Source: Candidatus Dojkabacteria bacterium
Lineage (GTDB): Bacteria; Patescibacteriota; Dojkabacteria; SC72
Reading direction: 5' to 3'
Assembly (NCBI GenBank): GCA_040765985.1
Contig: JAXGRK010000011.1
Location: 1 to 41,812 of the forward strand
Length of the DNA: 41,812 bases
The notes under the pieces are model-generated. The model made no database searches, was not told where the DNA came from, and saw only the letters and a list, made by a program, of their open reading frames with translations. The translations under genes were made by a program, and so were the position numbers. Positions within the stretch are counted from its first letter, which is position 1. Every line of letters begins with the position of its first letter. Positions 19,031 through 29,261 of this stretch are shown piece after piece.

Positions 19031-19750
19031 ATGAATATATTAATTATAGAGAAATCTAAGACAATTTCCCATATATTAAAAAGTACATTACTTGCTTACG
19101 GGTATAATATTACAGAAGATAATGCTAACTTCGCTTCCGAAAATCTTGTTAGGAGAGAGCTTTTTGATATCTTAATACTTGATACAAACCTTTCTGGGAA
19201 ATACGATACTAATGGTATTTTAAAACTAGTTAAGAAGAATAGTAATACTAAAAGTAAGATCTTAGGTATTTGTAGTATTGGTACATGGAAAGATAAGGTA
19301 AATTTCTTAAATAATGGTGGAGATGATGTCCTTTCGTACCCTTTTCCGGTACAAGAGTTGATTGCAAGAATACAATCACTACTAAGAAGGCCTAATAGCT
19401 ACATAGATAGTAGAGTTTACATAGGAGATGTTCTCTTGGATGTTAACAATAAAAGTGTTTCTGTTAAAAACAATGATCTTCTTTTAAGAAAAAAGGAGTA
19501 TCAATTACTAGAGTATTTGATAAGAAACAAAAACAGAACAGTAAGTAGATGTGAGCTTCTTGATCATGTATGGGATTATAGAAGCTATACAGGTTCTAAT
19601 ACTATCGATGTTCATGTCAAAAGATTAAGGGATAAATTGCCTAACAAAGCATTTATCCAAACTGTACACGGCCAGGGATATAGAATAAAGGATATTAAAG
19701 CATCATCGGCATTACAAGATGAACAAAGTCAGGATCCTCGACAATCTTAA
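19031..19750 (+). CDS. OmpR/PhoB-family response regulator with an atypical receiver domain
   Basis: DILILD, GGDDVLSYPF, ELIARIQSLLRR; winged helix KEYQLLEYL...SNTIDVHVKRLRDKL...TVHGQGY. Confidence 0.9.
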   Translation: MNILIIEKSKTISHILKSTLLAYGYNITEDNANFASENLVRRELFDILILDTNLSGKYDTNGILKLVKKNSNTKSKILGICSIGTWKDKVNFLNNGGDDVLSYPFPVQELIARIQSLLRRPNSYIDSRVYIGDVLLDVNNKSVSVKNNDLLLRKKEYQLLEYLIRNKNRTVSRCELLDHVWDYRSYTGSNTIDVHVKRLRDKLPNKAFIQTVHGQGYRIKDIKASSALQDEQSQDPRQS

Positions 19751-20816
19751 ATACACCCGGTTTAACAGTTTCTGAACATTCAAATGTAATGTCATCTGAA
19801 TCAAGGTGATTTAATATATCTGAGAGTAATCTAGAGCTAAAAGCTATTTTTAAATTATCACCTTCTATCTTTCCTTCAAATGTACTTTTGTTACTACCTA
19901 AATCTGTTTGAGTAGCAGAGAGAATAATTTTATTTGATTCAGAATCAATATCTAATATTATTTTATTCCCTAATACACTCTTCGCGATAATGTTAGTTAC
20001 CTTAAGAGAATTTAGAAACTCATTTTTAGATAAACTACATCTTGTTTTATATCCTGTTGGAATAATCTGTCTATACTCAGGAAACTGTCCATCGATAAGT
20101 CTAGAAACAAGATCAACATCACTATATCTAAAAAGTATTTGATTTTTCTCTTCAATTAGATAAACCTCAACAGTCTCTTCATCCCCTATTTCTGACACTA
20201 TATGAGCTAATTCAAGCAATGCTTTAACGGGTATCAATACGTTAACATCTTTTTCGGCACTACTATTTAATTTCAGGATCTGTCTTGATAGTCTTAAACC
20301 ATCAGTTCCAACAAAAGATACACTCTCACCATTAACTTCAAGAAGTACTCCGGTTAAAACTGGCTTTATATCATCAGTAGCAGATGCAAATGCAACTCTA
20401 TTTACAGCTTTAACAAGATCATCTTTAGAGATTTTAAGAAGAGGACTTTTATCAGTAACCGTAGCAACTGCTGGAAAATCCTCTGCAGACATAGTATTGA
20501 AACTCGCAGAGTTATTTACAGTAGTAATATTAAAATTCTGATTATCTAATTCAACATTTATTGTTTCAGAAGGAATAGATGTAACAAACTCAGTTAACTG
20601 TCTAGCAGGTACTGTAGTTTTACCTTCGGATTTAACATCTGCACCTATCCAAGTATTTATCCCTATTTCTAAATCAGTAGCAGTCATTATTAATTTTCCT
20701 CTATCTGCTTCAAACTGAACGTTATTTAAAATAGGCAAACCTGGCTTACTACTAACTACCCTACTTATTATATTAAGATACTTTGCTAAGGTATCTTGGT
20801 TACAAGAGAATTGCAT
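19695..20816 (-). CDS. dnaN: DNA polymerase III beta clamp
   Basis: LPILNN, ATDLEIG, GTDGLRLS, SRLIDGQFPEY, LVMPM; downstream of dnaA. Confidence 0.96.
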   Translation of the reverse strand: MQFSCNQDTLAKYLNIISRVVSSKPGLPILNNVQFEADRGKLIMTATDLEIGINTWIGADVKSEGKTTVPARQLTEFVTSIPSETINVELDNQNFNITTVNNSASFNTMSAEDFPAVATVTDKSPLLKISKDDLVKAVNRVAFASATDDIKPVLTGVLLEVNGESVSFVGTDGLRLSRQILKLNSSAEKDVNVLIPVKALLELAHIVSEIGDEETVEVYLIEEKNQILFRYSDVDLVSRLIDGQFPEYRQIIPTGYKTRCSLSKNEFLNSLKVTNIIAKSVLGNKIILDIDSESNKIILSATQTDLGSNKSTFEGKIEGDNLKIAFSSRLLSDILNHLDSDDITFECSETVKPGVFKIVEDPDFVHLVMPMML

Positions 20817-21238
20817 TTTAGTTTAATATTATATTATGTATTAGGCAGTTACATATATATTCTACTTAATATTGAGTTTCTTTTCTACTGTTTTAATTTT
20901 TAAATATAAATAGTTGTCTTAGTAGTAGGGAGTATGGATAAGTTCATAACGTAGATTTTACAACTCTTTAATTATTTCAATATAAGGGTTTCTAGTTTTT
21001 AATTAAATGTCGAGAACTTTTTAACTATTTTCTAATTAAATCCTTATTAAATTAAGTTCCAGTATATTAAAATTTAATGTGAACATCTTTTGTGTAAGAA
21101 GTAGTTAGAAGTTCACTTAATTGTGGTTTGTTCATAGCATCACATATGTTGTTAAAAAGCCACTCTTGTATTAAATCAACATTTCTGGTTGTGGAGTTAT
21201 ACCCTACTTATCAACAGTACTCCACAAGTAGTCCACAT
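20817..21238. other. Replication origin oriC in the dnaA-dnaN intergenic region
   Basis: DnaA-box-like TTATCAACA (21208-16), TACTCCACA (21218-26), TAGTCCACA (21229-37), TTATCCATA on minus (20933-41) next to TAG trios (20911-28) and an AT-rich tract. Confidence 0.85.
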
Positions 21239-22710
21239 TTAGTAAAATAAATCTCCCTTACATTTTTCATATTTCTCTGCTAAAGAGGTATCCTTCTTTA
21301 ACTTCTCCGGAATACGTTCACAAGCATACATAACGGTTGTATGGTCTTTTCTACCAACGGATTTCGCAACTGTTTGAAGTGGAAGCTCTAGCTCTACTCT
21401 AAGGATATACATAGCAATCTGCCTTGCAGTAGCAAGTCCATCTGTCTTTCTCGAACTTTTAAGAAATTTTATAGAGATATCAAATACTTCAGATACAACT
21501 TCAAGTACTCTTTCAGGTGTTACTCTTTTCTTTTACTCTCAATATCAACTTGAAGAATTTTAGCAACTTCTTCATATGTAGGAACCTCTCCTAATTTTGT
21601 TAATGTAATAACCTTGTTAAGAGAACCCTCTAGTTCTCTAACACTACTCTGAATATTTTTAGCAATTAAATCTAAGAATGCATCTGGAACGGAAACCCCT
21701 TTTTCAGAAAGAATCTGTTTTAAAATTGCCAACCTAGTTTCATATTCAGGTGGCTGAAGATCGCAGACCATACCCCCTTCGAATCTAGTTCTTAATCTAT
21801 CAGTAATGTTTTTAATCTCTCTAGGAGGCCTATCCGAAGCCAGTATTATCTGCTTGTTTGCTTGATACAAAGTATTAAAGGTATGGAATAGCTCCTCTTG
21901 GGTTTTAGGATATGCCTCAACGAACTGTATATCATCAATTATTAGTAAATCAACCTCTCTGTATTTAGTTCTGAAATCTTCGTTTCTCTTTGTTCTAATT
22001 GCCTCTATCATCTCGTTTAAGAATTGTTCTATAGATATGTAAGAGATTTTCCTCTCTGGATTGACTCTTAACACTTCATTTCCGATTGCTTGCATTAAAT
22101 GTGTTTTCCCTACACCCGTACTTCCATAGTAAAAAACAGGATTGTATGATTTAGAGAGCCCTTCATTTTCTATATCTGTAACTACTGATTGAGCAACAGC
22201 TTCGGCTAAACGATTATTTGGACCGACAACAAAATTTTTAAAAGTATACCTAGGATTTAACCGAGCATTCTTTACGGCCTCTTCGTATTTCTTCTTATCA
22301 CCCTCTAATTTAGTGAATAGGTCCATTACAGGGCTATTACTATTACTTGCGTATTTATATCTTTCCTTTGGAGTTTGATTATCATCTTGTTTTACTACAA
22401 TCTCTATTTGAAGATTTTGGCCAGTTGCCTTAGTTAAACAACTTTGTAAAAACTTGTTGTAATCTTTAAGTATGGTTTCTCTTTTGAAGTCATTAGAACA
22501 AGAGAGTGTAGCTACCCCACTTTGAATCCTCTCTAGATGGGTTCCAGCAAACCAAGAATCGAACTCTACCCTATCCAGTACCATACGTAAGTTTTCAGTA
22601 ACAATCTTCCATATATCGTTAACATCGGTATTAACAGAAACATTCTCAACATTTGTAAATTCCCCTTTAGGAATACTTTCGGAATATTTTTCAAAGTCGA
22701 TTTTATCCAT
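21239..22710 (-). CDS. dnaA: Replication initiator DnaA; one-base frameshift near 21525-21535 separates domain IV
   Basis: LNPRYTFKNFVVG, GSTGVGKTHL, IDDIQF, NIQSSVRELEG; alternate frame carries ARQIAMY...GRKDHTTVMYAC to TAA at 21239. Confidence 0.95.
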
Positions 22711-22985
22711 ACTGTTAATAAAGTATTTAAACATATTAAAATTACAAAGGGGCAGTCATGGTCGATTGGGACTAATACTCCTATTATATTCATTTCTTTC
22801 AGAATGTGGATATCTTTATTGGAATGAGTTAAAAAGAGTTATAGATAAAGAAAAATTATTACCCAGCACCTACTCTATATAGGATATACGCATTGGAAAT
22901 AGAACTCTCATATAGAATAAATAATAATATTTGCTTTAAATACACTAGGTAATATATAATAAGACCGTTTTTAATAAATAGAAAT

Positions 22986-23168
22986 ATGAAAAGAACATAT
23001 CAGCCAAAAAATTTAAAAAGAATTAGAAAATTCGGATTTAGAGCAAGGAATAAAAATGCTAAAGGAAAACTTGTTTTAAAAAGAAGAATTGCTAAAGGTA
23101 GAAAATCACTTAGTGCAAGTGAGGAGTACAAACTAAAAAGAAAGAGACCTTTATCAAGAGCTAGATAG
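22986..23168 (+). CDS. rpmH: 50S ribosomal protein bL34
   Basis: MKRTYQP...KFGFRAR...[10 protein letters not shown]; divergent from dnaA. Confidence 0.95.
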   Translation: MKRTYQPKNLKRIRKFGFRARNKNAKGKLVLKRRIAKGRKSLSASEEYKLKRKRPLSRAR

Positions 23169-23181
23169 TGTATACTTAAAT

Positions 23182-23520
23182 ATGCTTCCTCAAAGAAATA
23201 AACTTAACCCCATCAAGTTCAAATCTGTTCTTAATCAAGGTATGAAAATACGAGGAGAGTATGGTATGTTAGTGGTACTTAGAAGTAATGAGAGTAGTTT
23301 TAAGATAGGATTTATCGTTAGTAAAAAGATAGGAAATGCTGTTGCTAGAAACAGAATGACTAGATTGTTAAGGGAAATTATTAAGAAGAATCTCTCAGAG
23401 TTGAGTAATAATATAGAAGCCGTATATGTAGCGTATAAATATTGTAATAACTATGAACAATTACAAAAAGACCTGGATAAACAGATTCAGACAATTATAT
23501 CTTCTACCAAGAAGAATTGA
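23182..23520 (+). CDS. rnpA: RNase P protein component
   Basis: IGFIVSKKIGNAVARNRMTRLLRE (RNR motif); synteny. Confidence 0.93.
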   Translation: MLPQRNKLNPIKFKSVLNQGMKIRGEYGMLVVLRSNESSFKIGFIVSKKIGNAVARNRMTRLLREIIKKNLSELSNNIEAVYVAYKYCNNYEQLQKDLDKQIQTIISSTKKN

Positions 23521-23752
23521 GTTACTAGGTATTAAGCTCTATCAAAAAACACTTTCCTTAGATCATGGGTACTTAGGAAAGATTTATCCGAATACTAGGG
23601 CATGTAAATTTATACCAACCTGTTCTGAGTATGGGTACGGAGCAGTAGAAAAGTTTGGGATCTTTAAGGGGAACTTTCTGGCCTTGAAAAGAGTTTTAAG
23701 ATGTAATCCGTGGGCTAAAGTGGGACAGTATGATCCAGTTCCTGAAAAATAG
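23453..23752 (+). CDS. yidD: Membrane protein insertion efficiency factor YidD
   Basis: CKFIPTCSEY...RVLRCNPW...YDPVP. Confidence 0.92.
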   Translation: MNNYKKTWINRFRQLYLLPRRIELLGIKLYQKTLSLDHGYLGKIYPNTRACKFIPTCSEYGYGAVEKFGIFKGNFLALKRVLRCNPWAKVGQYDPVPEK

Positions 23753-23803
23753 ATAAGTTTAGTGTATAATTCTCTAGATTTTTAATATTTTCTTTTTTAA
23801 TAT

Positions 23804-24655
23804 ATGCTCGCAACAATTTGGAATACAGTTTTCTTTAATCCTCTGTTAAATGTAATGATAATCTTTTATCACTTTTTAGGTGATAATTTGGGTTTAGCAA
23901 TTTTGGCAATTGCCATTATCGCTCGTATCTTTATGATTCCTTTAGTAAAGAAACAGACGGGAATGACAAAAAAAATGGCATCACTTAAACCACAGTTAGA
24001 CGAATTACAAAAGAAATATGCCAACAACAAAGAGAAATTGGCCTCAGAGCAGATGAAGCTATACAAAAAGACAGGATATAACCCATTAGGTTGTATTGGA
24101 ACATTCATTCCTCAGCTAATCATACTCTCTGTTTTAATTGGGGTCATTAGAAATGTTACAGCGAGTGATTTAGAAGGGCTCTACTCATGGGTCAGAGATC
24201 TTACAGGTATATCAAATGGTATTAGTGTAAATACAAAGTTCTTTTTCTTAGAATTAACAAAATCATACAATCAAGTATCTTCGGAGTTTGGTAGGATCTC
24301 GATGGAGAGCTTCCCGTATATACTCTTATCTGTTCTTGTTGGTGTAGTACAGTATTTCGCTACACTGTTTACCCAGAAAATGCAGAATGTATCTACGAGT
24401 AGTAAGGATAAAAAGAAAGAGAAAGGGGATGACCCAATGGGCAGTATGCAAGCCAATATGCAGAAATCTACAATGTATCTTTTACCAATAATGACAGTGT
24501 TTTTTGCAATTAGTATGCCTGCAGCATTAGGTTGGTACTGGATGGTCCAGTCTCTGCTTCTTGTCTTACAGTATATCTCTTTAGATTTTGATAAAACTAA
24601 AAAAGGTGTTCAAAACCTCTTAACATTGATATCAAAAAAGAAAGATAAATTTTAA
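23804..24655 (+). CDS. yidC: Membrane insertase YidC/Oxa1, short form without a large periplasmic domain
   Basis: LKPQLDELQKKY, EQMKLYK...NPLGC, PAALGWYW. Confidence 0.92.
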   Translation: MLATIWNTVFFNPLLNVMIIFYHFLGDNLGLAILAIAIIARIFMIPLVKKQTGMTKKMASLKPQLDELQKKYANNKEKLASEQMKLYKKTGYNPLGCIGTFIPQLIILSVLIGVIRNVTASDLEGLYSWVRDLTGISNGISVNTKFFFLELTKSYNQVSSEFGRISMESFPYILLSVLVGVVQYFATLFTQKMQNVSTSSKDKKKEKGDDPMGSMQANMQKSTMYLLPIMTVFFAISMPAALGWYWMVQSLLLVLQYISLDFDKTKKGVQNLLTLISKKKDKF

Positions 24656-24665
24656 TAATATATTC

Positions 24666-25181
24666 ATGGAGAAGATTGTTAAAAAAGAATTGGATGCCCT
24701 ACTCTCGCTTTTGGATATTGATACTCAGTATGAGTTAAATATTGAGAAGATAGAGGAGATTTCATATATTAAGGTCTCTTTTTCAGGTGAGAATCTCGGA
24801 TATTTAATTGGCAACCATGGAAAACACTTAGACTCTCTACAGTACATATTTAGTATGATTCTAAGAAACAAATTAGAAGAGGGAGCCAATTACAGAGTAA
24901 TCTTAGATGTATGCGGATATAGGGAGGAGAGAAGTAAGAAAATAGAGCATCTTGCTATGCAGAAAGCTGACGATGCGAGGATACTTGGAGAGCCAATAGA
25001 GTTAGAACCAATGACTGCTTCTGATAGAAGAGTTGTCCATGTTGCTCTTCAGATGTTTGATGATATTAAAACAGAGAGTGTAGGAGAGGGTATGGACAGA
25101 AAAGTACAGATAATTCCTCTGTCTGAGAAGGATATCATAAAATCCAAAGACAGTGATGAAAAGGATGAGGAGCAGGAGTAA
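24666..25181 (+). CDS. jag: Jag/KhpB RNA-binding protein (KH plus R3H, no Jag_N domain)
   Basis: LIGNHGKHLDSLQ (KH), LEPMTASDRRVVH (R3H); follows yidC. Confidence 0.88.
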   Translation: MEKIVKKELDALLSLLDIDTQYELNIEKIEEISYIKVSFSGENLGYLIGNHGKHLDSLQYIFSMILRNKLEEGANYRVILDVCGYREERSKKIEHLAMQKADDARILGEPIELEPMTASDRRVVHVALQMFDDIKTESVGEGMDRKVQIIPLSEKDIIKSKDSDEKDEEQE

Positions 25182-25335
25182 TTCCTGTAGTTGTTCAAAT
25201 ATATTAAACATGGTTTTCATATTCTCATTTATTGCATAACAAATTTAAACATTTCAACAGAATTTGTTGAGTTTTGTATTGAAAGATATCCCCAACAAGA
25301 AGTTTTAGATGTTACAAAAAGATATGAAAGGATAT

Positions 25336-25911
25336 CTATTTAGAGCTCTTTTCTAACAATACAATCTTACCAAAAACAATAGAAATTAAGATTGCTATCC
25401 ATAAAAGATACTCTGGGTAAGCAACAGTTTTAAACTGCGTAAATATCAAAATTAATAGAGCACCAATGATAAGAGAAAGGGTGACTAGTGCAAGCATAGG
25501 GAAATACTTTTTATTTAGTTTGCGAACAATAAGGAGTCTTGTTGTTGGGTATACAAATAGAAAGGTAAGAGCGAATAACCAATGAAGTGCTCTTTGTGTG
25601 TCCCAGGTAGATAGTCCTGTTAGTGGGAATATCCCTATCCCTAAGAGTGCAAAGGAGGATAGTGCATGGTAATTGTATAGTAGCTTATCAACTTTCTTGT
25701 AAATACTGTTTGTAATTGAGTCTAAGCCACATAATAATCCAGTTATGATTGCAGAGATACTAAAGAAGGTACTTGTTTCAAATAGTGTTCCATAATCACT
25801 TATTGCAAAGCCCTCTCTTAAGTCAAGAAACTCGTATAATCCTAATGGAAAGATTCCAAGGAGAGATAGTGTAGAAAACGTAAAATAAAGAATTCCTAAT
25901 ATATCTAACAT
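25336..25911 (-). CDS. Multi-TM membrane protein, DUF998-like
   Basis: AISDYG, GIFP, LHWLFA and PEY motifs; start reassigned to ATG 25911 because the longer ORF runs over a tRNA. Confidence 0.55.
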   Translation of the reverse strand: MLDILGILYFTFSTLSLLGIFPLGLYEFLDLREGFAISDYGTLFETSTFFSISAIITGLLCGLDSITNSIYKKVDKLLYNYHALSSFALLGIGIFPLTGLSTWDTQRALHWLFALTFLFVYPTTRLLIVRKLNKKYFPMLALVTLSLIIGALLILIFTQFKTVAYPEYLLWIAILISIVFGKIVLLEKSSK

Positions 25912-25949
25912 ATTAAAAGATATCAAAAATACGAAGGGAAGCAAAGGAA

Positions 25950-26036
25950 CGGAGAGAGTGGGATTCGAACCCACGGTACGATTTCTCATACGCACGCTCT
26001 CCAAGCGTGTCCTTTCGACCACTCAGGCATCTCTCC
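25950..26036 (-). tRNA. tRNA-Ser(GGA)
   Basis: GGAGAGA/TCTCTCC acceptor stem, CACGC-TTGGAGA-GCGTG anticodon arm, long variable arm; no CCA. Confidence 0.95.
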
Positions 26037-26037
26037 A

Positions 26038-26114
26038 TGGTGTACCCGGCCGGAATCGAACCGGCAACCTACTGCTTAGAAGGCAATTGCTCTATCCGAT
26101 TAAGCTACGGGTAC
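26038..26114 (-). tRNA. tRNA-Arg(TCT)
   Basis: GTACCCG/CGGGTAC acceptor stem, ATTGC-CTTCTAA-GCAGT anticodon arm, encoded CCA. Confidence 0.95.
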
Positions 26115-26157
26115 ATGAGCAAACAATTCTATCAATAAATTGAATCAAAATAAAGGT

Positions 26158-27986
26158 TTAATCACTTACTTCTAACTCTATAATAGAGATTAGTACCCTC
26201 CTCTTCTTTCAGGGAATCTCTTTAAGAAGCTTGGGTAATTCATAGGGTTAAATGTAATTTCTGGCTTTCTCTCTGCATATTTCAGAGAATTTATATACTC
26301 TCTCCCCTCTTCCCACTCCATACCTTTCAATTCCTCTGCTAACTTCTCCTTATCTATCTTTGGTTTAATAGTTGCTTTAGCTACTATCTTAATTTTAATC
26401 GAATCCTTCTTACTCTCCTCTACCGTTATCTTTTTCTCTATTTCATCTCCTAGTACTAATTCTAAATCTTTATCACTTTCAAAAAGATTATCTTCTTCTG
26501 CCTGAGTTCTTATCAACGCTGCAAGTTTTTCACTTAAACCTTTTGTTTGATAGTAGGTTGCACTACCCTTGATAGTCAAGTCTAGATTCGCCTCAGTTGC
26601 TTCTGTACCGACTTTCTTATCTGTTTTAATACTACTCTTATCAACCTCACTTAATATTGTATCTTCGATTATCTCCCATCCATTGGAAGTATCTCTTAAT
26701 TCTGATTTAACTTCTTCTATGGCAGTAGCACTTAAGGATTCTACTCCTTCATCTATATCTACTTGAGAGAGAACAGAATACTCTTCTTTAGTTCCTCCTG
26801 TTATGGCTACAATGTTTTTAGCAAAAAGCGTTTCTGAATGACCAACGATTGTGAAGGATTGACCGGCAGAGAGATTGTACTCATCACCGATATTCTCTGC
26901 AATGATGGATACATCGGAAACAGACACATCATCACATGGGAATTCAACCGCGTTAACAAGCTGGTAAGTCTTACTGCTTGTAGTTAAAGTTTGTCCAGCA
27001 AGTAGTGATATCTTAGGAGTCTCTTCGACGCAACTCCCTGTGTAAAAGATAATGATCTTTCCAGTTGCCTTCTCTCCTTTATACGCTTTCCCTGTTGCTG
27101 TAATAGTGTTTGAAAGACTCTTACTTGCTACTTCTGTTTTAATAGGAATCTTTAGATTCTCAAAATCTAGCTCTTCTATATCTGTATCCCCTGTTAATAT
27201 ACTCTCTACTTCGATTGGTTTAGATTCAACAAAAATCTTTACTTTAACAAATGTCCCGAATTGATTGTAAAGAAACATTCCAAGTAAAGTAAGAAAAATG
27301 ATGGGAACCACTGTTAGAAGAAGTATTTTGCCTATTTTTTTCTTGTTTAAGTTTTTAAATCTCTGGAAAAAGCTTGAAGTAGGCATTTTCTTAAAAGAGA
27401 AAGAACTCATAGATTTTTTAAAGGAAGGGCTGTTTTGCTGTAATGGCTCAGTTGTCAGAACCGTTGCTTTTGTAGGGATATCACCATCTATTGAGATGAA
27501 GCCAGGTTGAACTTTTGTACCTCTTCTATCTTCATATCCTTTTCTTTTCTCTTGCTCAATATTCTGTTCTACGTTATCTTCGAATATTTCTTTCTCGTCT
27601 TCTAGCTTAGTAGTTTCTAGAATCCTTTTCTTCTCAGATACTTCCCTTTTCTTAAGTTGTATTAACTCCTCTGCTTCCTCCCAATCAATCTCTGTTGGAT
27701 TAGAGGGTGTGTCAATTGTTTTTATACCTGCTAATTTTGCATTACGAATACCTGTTGGATTTTGGATTATTTGCGCAATTAAGAGTTTGTCTTCCCTTTG
27801 AGCTGCCTCTAAAAGAACTCTTAAGTTTATGGAACTTATTAAAATATCTGTATGTTCTGTAAAAGTAAGAACTATTCTATCTGTTTTAGCTCTATGGATC
27901 TCTCTTACTAAATCTGTTAGTTCCTGAGATTCTTCGACTACTATTTTTGATGTTGAGATTCTCTTTTCCATTCTTATATTTTCCAA
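26158..27986 (-). CDS. Bitopic membrane protein with a baseplate-J/gp47-like extracellular segment; probable 1-nt deletion near the 3' end
   Basis: ATG...GEKATGKIIIF...VSIIAENIGDEYNL...AITGGT pattern after one TM helix. The ORF stops at 26190, but one extra G gives GGVLISIIELEVSD* ending at 26158. Confidence 0.65.
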
Positions 27987-29230
27987 TTTATATCTTTTGT
28001 GGTTCTATCTATCTCCATATCATACAGAAATTTCGCTAATGAAGCTGGTGTTATATCATAGAGATTTTCTAACTCACCACTATTATCCACTATGGAGCCA
28101 AGTAAGTTTGGGGTAAACATCTCTATCTTTGGTATTACAGCAACTGGTAAATATTTCTTCCAAGGGAATTCTAACAGAGACTGCTTAATGTCAGGTAAGA
28201 GTGCTCCTCCACCGCATAGATATATCTGTGTAGGTAATGGTCCGATATCTTCGCAATTTTCCAAAGCGACTTTCAATGTTCTTACCCAGAGTCCTGCGGT
28301 TGTGTACATCGTTTTTTGAACCTGTCTCATTATATCTTTAGGTAGTTCCTTTTCTGAGTACTTAATCTTTCTTTGTTCAGCATGTCTAAAATCGGTATCT
28401 GTTAAATTTGCTAACTCTTTTGTAAATACTCTCCCTCCAAATGCAAACATTTGGGTCTCAGCTACATTACCTTGTTTTACAATCGCTACATCTGTAGTAC
28501 CTCCTCCAATATCTATGAATATTGCAGAGAAGTTCGTATTGCTTCCTCCGGAGTGTGCCCTAGCTACTGCAAATGGTTGGGATACGATGCCTAAGACCTC
28601 AAAATTTAAAGAGTTTGCAACTTTGCGAAGGGCTTCCGTATATGTCTTGGGAGCGAAAGATGCGTAAAAATTTAATTTCACATCTCTCCCCTTATATCCA
28701 ACTAATGAACTTACTGGCATTCCTCCGATTTCTAATCCCATTGGTGTTATATGTAAAATCTCTATATCATCATTCTTAAGTCCAGTTCTTACTCCTAAAT
28801 CATCTTTCCCACTCATTGCTATCTGAGATTTAACTTCGTTTAATATTTTGTCCTGTTCCTTTTTTGTAACCTCTTTTTCAAAGTGTTGTTCTCTTTCATA
28901 GTTAACAATGATAGAGACTCCCTGTATATATTCTCCAGCAATACCCATTATTACTTTTTTGGGGTACTCTTCTGGTTTAAGGTTACTTAAGAGTTGGTTG
29001 ATTGAGAGTCTACAATTTTCTAACACAGTATCGAGGTTGGTGATAATGCCACTTCTCATTGCATGCTGTTGTTGTGCTATTCGGGATACCCGGCTAACGG
29101 TTACTCCGTATTCTCCCATGGTAAACAGTAAACTTTTAATAGTTTCTGTACCTATATCAAGAGCGACAACAGAGGTTACTCCATCAAGAAGGGTTTTCTT
29201 CTTAGTTTGTATCTTTGGCAGTTTTATCAT
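27974..29230 (-). CDS. ftsA: FtsA-family actin-like ATPase
   Basis: ALDIGTETIK, MRSGIITNLD, FIDIGGGTTD, AEQRK, YLCGGGA. Confidence 0.75.
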   Translation of the reverse strand: MIKLPKIQTKKKTLLDGVTSVVALDIGTETIKSLLFTMGEYGVTVSRVSRIAQQQHAMRSGIITNLDTVLENCRLSINQLLSNLKPEEYPKKVIMGIAGEYIQGVSIIVNYEREQHFEKEVTKKEQDKILNEVKSQIAMSGKDDLGVRTGLKNDDIEILHITPMGLEIGGMPVSSLVGYKGRDVKLNFYASFAPKTYTEALRKVANSLNFEVLGIVSQPFAVARAHSGGSNTNFSAIFIDIGGGTTDVAIVKQGNVAETQMFAFGGRVFTKELANLTDTDFRHAEQRKIKYSEKELPKDIMRQVQKTMYTTAGLWVRTLKVALENCEDIGPLPTQIYLCGGGALLPDIKQSLLEFPWKKYLPVAVIPKIEMFTPNLLGSIVDNSGELENLYDITPASLAKFLYDMEIDRTTKDINWKI

Positions 29231-29261
29231 ATCTCCAAATTATATCATTTAATCTACTACA

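Noticed and set aside
25912-26143. ORF extensions over tRNAs (25336..26022, 25958..26143; likewise 17606..17833 and 17754..17981)
   Set aside because: They are translations of tRNA sequence.
26190-27986. Prophage or contractile injection system
   Set aside because: Only one baseplate-like segment on a TM protein; no sheath, tube, spike or capsid genes.
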